Positions 60,350 to 64,000 of a stretch of DNA of 64,000 nucleotides are shown here, in pieces. The position numbers were made by a program, and so were the translations under genes. Numbering within the stretch: position 1 is the stretch's first letter; each line of letters opens with the position of its first letter. The DNA comes from Squalus acanthias. Taxonomy: Eukaryota. The stretch covers positions 620,001-684,000 of the forward strand of contig JASTWF010000048.1 of NCBI GenBank assembly GCA_030390025.1, in the 5' to 3' direction. The notes beneath the pieces were generated by a model. That model was not told where the DNA came from. It did no database searches and was given only the letters and a program-made list of their open reading frames with translations.

Positions 60350-61300
60350 CAACTTGCATTTCTATCGCGTCTTTTACGACCTCAGTGCTTCACGAAGCGC
60401 TTCCCAGCCAATGAAGCACCTTTTTTAAAGTGTGGTCGCTTTTGTAATCTGAGGAAACGGGGCCGCCAATTTTCCCACAGGAAGATCCCCACAAACAGCA
60501 ATGAGGTCTTGAACAAATATTCTGTAGTTTTATGGATGTTTCATTGTCACGAGGAAAAACTCAGCTGCTCTTCTTCCAATAGTGTCCGTTGGATGTTTTA
60601 CTTCCACCTGAGAGAGAAGACGAGGCCTCGGTTTAACATCACATGCAAAATGACACCTCTGACAGTGCAGCGCTCACTCAGTGCTGCCAGTCCTACAGTG
60701 CAGCCCTCCCTCAGTACTGCCCCTCTGAGAGTGCAGCGCTCCCTCAGTACTGCCTCTCCGACAGTGCAGCCGTCCCTCAGTATTCCCCCTCCGACAGTGC
60801 GATGCTCACTCATTACTACCTCTCTGATAGTGCAGCACTCCCTCAGTACTACATTTCTGTCAGTGCAGCGCTCCCTCAGTACTGCCTCTCCGACAGTGCG
60901 TTACTCCCTCAGTATTGCCCCTCTGAAAGTGCAGCACTCTCATAGTACTCCATTCCGAACAGTGCATTACTCCCTCAGTAATACATCTCCGACAGTGCAG
61001 CGCTCCCTCAGTACTACATCTCTGACATTGCAGCCCTCCGTCAGTACTGCCCCTCCGAAAGTGCAGCGTTCCCTCAGCACTGCTCCTCCGACAGTGCCGC
61101 GCTGCCTCAGTACTACCTCTCCGACAGTACTGCGCTCCCTCAGTACTACCTTTCCGACAGTGCAGCGCTCCCTCATTACTGCCCCTCCGACAGTGCGAAA
61201 CTGTCAGCCGAATTTATTCGCTCACTTCTCTGGAGCAGGGCTCGAACCCACAAACTTCTTTCTCAGAGGTGAGCGCGCGATCCACTCGGCCACAAGTTAA
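60350..61300 (-). mobile_element. Antisense SINE with a 33-bp array (60655-61200)
   Basis: Paralog of 26435-27510; retains the tRNA-like head at ~61230-61295. Confidence 0.85.
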
Positions 61301-62189
61301 GGCGAAAAATTTACGGAAATTTTAGAGCTAGAACCCGGATTGCTGTTTACATAAATCTCATATTCACTACTGTCTTTCAGATAAATAAACCTGCATCTCC
61401 AAACAACAACAGCAACAAGAAACAACATATTTATTTTTATATAACGCCTTTAACGTAGTAAAACTTCCCAAGGCGCGTATAAGGACAGGTGACCAAAATC
61501 TTGGTGACATACATCGGTGTTAAGGAACGTCAATGTAGAAGAAAGTGTTGGAGGGGTGTAAATATTTAGGGAGGGAATTTTAGAACTTAGGGCCTCGCCA
61601 GCTGAAGGCACGGCCTCCAATGGTGGAACGATTAAAATCGGGGATGCGAACAAGGTCCGAATTGGATGAGCGTTGAGATCTCGGAAGGATGCAGGACTGG
61701 AGGAGGTTACCGAGATAGGATGGGGACGAGGCCTTGAAGTGATTTCAATGCGAGGATGAGAGTCTTTGAATCGTGGCGTTTTCGGATCAGAAGCCAATGT
61801 AGGTCAGCGAGCACAGTGGGTGAATGTGTGAACGGGACCCGAGCCGAGTCAGGAAACGACGACCAGCATTTGGTAGCAGCTCGTGTTAAAGGGAGGATGC
61901 AAGTTGGGAGGTCGAGCAGGAATAGCATTGGAGTAGTCGGGTCTGGATGGCACAAAAGCATGGATGAAACCATTGCCCCACTGCAAGGTTAAATTTGCAT
62001 ACCCTCAGGGCAACTAAAGATGGACAATAATAATTAATGCTCAACTGAAAAACTGATGATCTGGCCATTCATCTCGTTGCTCTTTGTGGGCGATGTAGTT
62101 CAATGTTCAGTATTTCAGCTGTGTGAAACCATCGCCGACAGAGTGAGCCCTTATGCAACTAAAGAAAGCATCTATTGAGCAGGTCGTCA

Positions 62190-62635
62190 TGCAATCATTG
62201 CATCAAACGCACTCCTGGCTGGCCTCCACGTAAACTTGAGATCATCCAAAACTCGACTGCCCCGTGTCCTAACGCGCACCAAGTCCCGTTCACCCATCAC
62301 CCCTGTGCTCGCTGACCTACATTGGCTCCCGCTTGAGCAACGCCTCGATTTCAAAATTCTCATCCTTGTTTTCAAATCCCTCCATGGCCTCGCCCCCTCC
62401 CTATCTCTGTATTCTCCTCCAGCCCCACAACCCCCCGAGATATCTGCGCTCCTCTAATTCTGCCCTCTTGAGCATCCCTGGTTATAATCGCACCACCATT
62501 GGTGGCCGTACCTTCTGTTGACTAGGACCTAAGCTCTGGAATTCCCTCCCTAAACTTCTCCGCCTGGCCACCTCTCTTTCCTGCTTTAAGACACTCCTTA
62601 AAGGCGCTATATAAATACAAGTTGCTGTTGTTGTT
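62190..62635 (+). mobile_element. L2-like LINE 3' fragment
   Basis: ITPVLADLHWLPLEQRLDFKILILVFKSLHGLAP; tail ggcgctatataaatacaagttgctgttgttg. Confidence 0.85.
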
Positions 62636-64000
62636 ATAAAATAGCTGACGTATCAGAAACCTTCAGATACAATCTAGGTTTTGGAACCCCTGCCGAATAC
62701 TACAACAACTTGAACTTTTATGACGCCTTTAAGGTAGTAAAAGATCGCTTACATGGGATTTAATTTGGCAAACAGCCGCTCATTAGATTAAATTCCAGAT
62801 TACACAGAATTATATATAATTTACAGCACAGAAGCAGGTCACTCGGCCCAACTGGTCAGTGACGGTGTTTATGCGCCACTCGAGCCTTCTCTCAACTGTA
62901 CGTATCTCACCCGATCAGCATATCTTTCTATTCCTTTCCCACTCATGTACGTATCTAGCATCAACTTGAATGCAGCCTCGACCATTGAAGTCAGTAGAGG
63001 GGAAAATTGAGCGGAGCGGATATCGGGCTGTCAATGCACTACCGCCCACTTTATCCGACGAATTGGCCAACGTCAGGGGAGGGAGGGGGTGAGTCAACGA
63101 ATGGAGGGGGATAAAAATTGATTCGCTTTGGCACCTCACATAGATACAAATGCGAAGCCAAAATTGAGTCGGGTTTGGGGGATTGTACCCTCGCCTCTCA
63201 CCTCCTCGTCTTTCTTGCAAGCGATAGAATTAACGTTGCTTCGACGTCACAACCGGTCACCGGAAGCGACATTAAAGTACCACCGCAGCTCCCTGCGCGA
63301 CCCAGAAGCTGGCGGGCTCTGAATAATGTTTTGCACTAAGATGTGATTAGATTCCCTCGCCCACTTTTGTCCTTCTGGTGCATTGTAAGCAGAGTGACTT
63401 ATTGAAACCACTGTAGAATGATTTGTTTCGACATAGTGTGTGTTTTTAAAATATATATTAAAATAAGCCAAATCGTGGCATTAACATAGCAATATGTGAT
63501 AATGGAAATCGGCATAAGAACCAGAGGGCGAGATGAGGAGAATGTTGAATTTATGAAGCGAATTGTTAAGATCCAGAATGCACTGCCTGGAATTGTGGTG
63601 AAAGCAGATTCAATATTAACTTTCAAAAGGAAATTAGATATATATTTTAAAAAAAACACATTTTAAGGCTATCGGCCACAGCAGGGGAGTGGGATTCATT
63701 GGATAGCTTTTTCTTCGATAGTGGTGCAAATAATACATCCTTACCATGTTAATGTGTGAATCAATCTAACTATGATTGTCCTTGATGTAAGTTAAGGTAT
63801 TTTATTTTCTGTATTTTATTCAGTGTGGCCTGTTTTACCGTAAACATTTTCTTTGGGTAACTTCAAGTTTCGCTGTCATTTGCATCCTTGCTGATCATGC
63901 AAGCTCTTCATAAACATGACTTTAGCTCTTGCTTTCACAAGGTCTAACCAGTTTTTCCAATCCTCCGAATTCTTTGCAGCCGGTTCCTCGGGAGACGTGG

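Larger units (their letters stand above)
41278..61200 (+). repeat. Segmental duplicate of 1-~27500
   Basis: Base 1 (ctaccagttggattttttgcc) recurs at 41278; colinear V1, V3, V4, V5, V7 and intervening repeats. Confidence 0.95.

Noticed and set aside
1-64000. IgH/IgNAR cluster or TCR alpha/delta identity for the whole locus
   Set aside because: Translocon-type V array with no interspersed D/J/C; most V ends (CAS, CAAS, CATS, CAW) and the CRE promoters fit TRB. Not provable without the C gene

Overview
Vertebrate genomic DNA, almost certainly from a shark or other cartilaginous fish (judged by the repeat content). It covers part of the variable-segment array of a T-cell receptor locus, most likely TCR beta (TRB). 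I read 16 V segments, all on the + strand. Eleven are open: ten look potentially functional and one carries a Leu->Pro in FR3. Five are pseudogenes, three of which the ORF track misses wholly or partly. Each intact gene has a leader exon, a phase-1 intron, a V exon and a 23-bp-spacer RSS. No D, J, C or trypsinogen genes were seen. Bases 1-~27500 are duplicated at ~41278-61200; the second copy has lost two V genes by deletion. The rest is CR1/L2 LINE fragments, tRNA-derived SINEs with internal 33-bp tandem amplifications, Penelope-like elements with minimal hammerhead motifs, a TG..CA LTR-like element, minisatellites and six N-gaps. Highlights: (1) an intact V-delta/Ig-like segment with a Cys pair in CDR2 sitting among V-beta genes; (2) one promoter/leader cassette that serves two unrelated V exons after reciprocal loss; (3) a PBX-MEIS/PREP-motif minisatellite in that promoter; (4) CTCF-like motifs next to the RSSs; (5) a LINE-derived array of signal-joint-like motifs; (6) a minimal hammerhead at a V-deleting junction. 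V1-V11 are my own labels. Family assignments come from recalled motifs, not from database searches.
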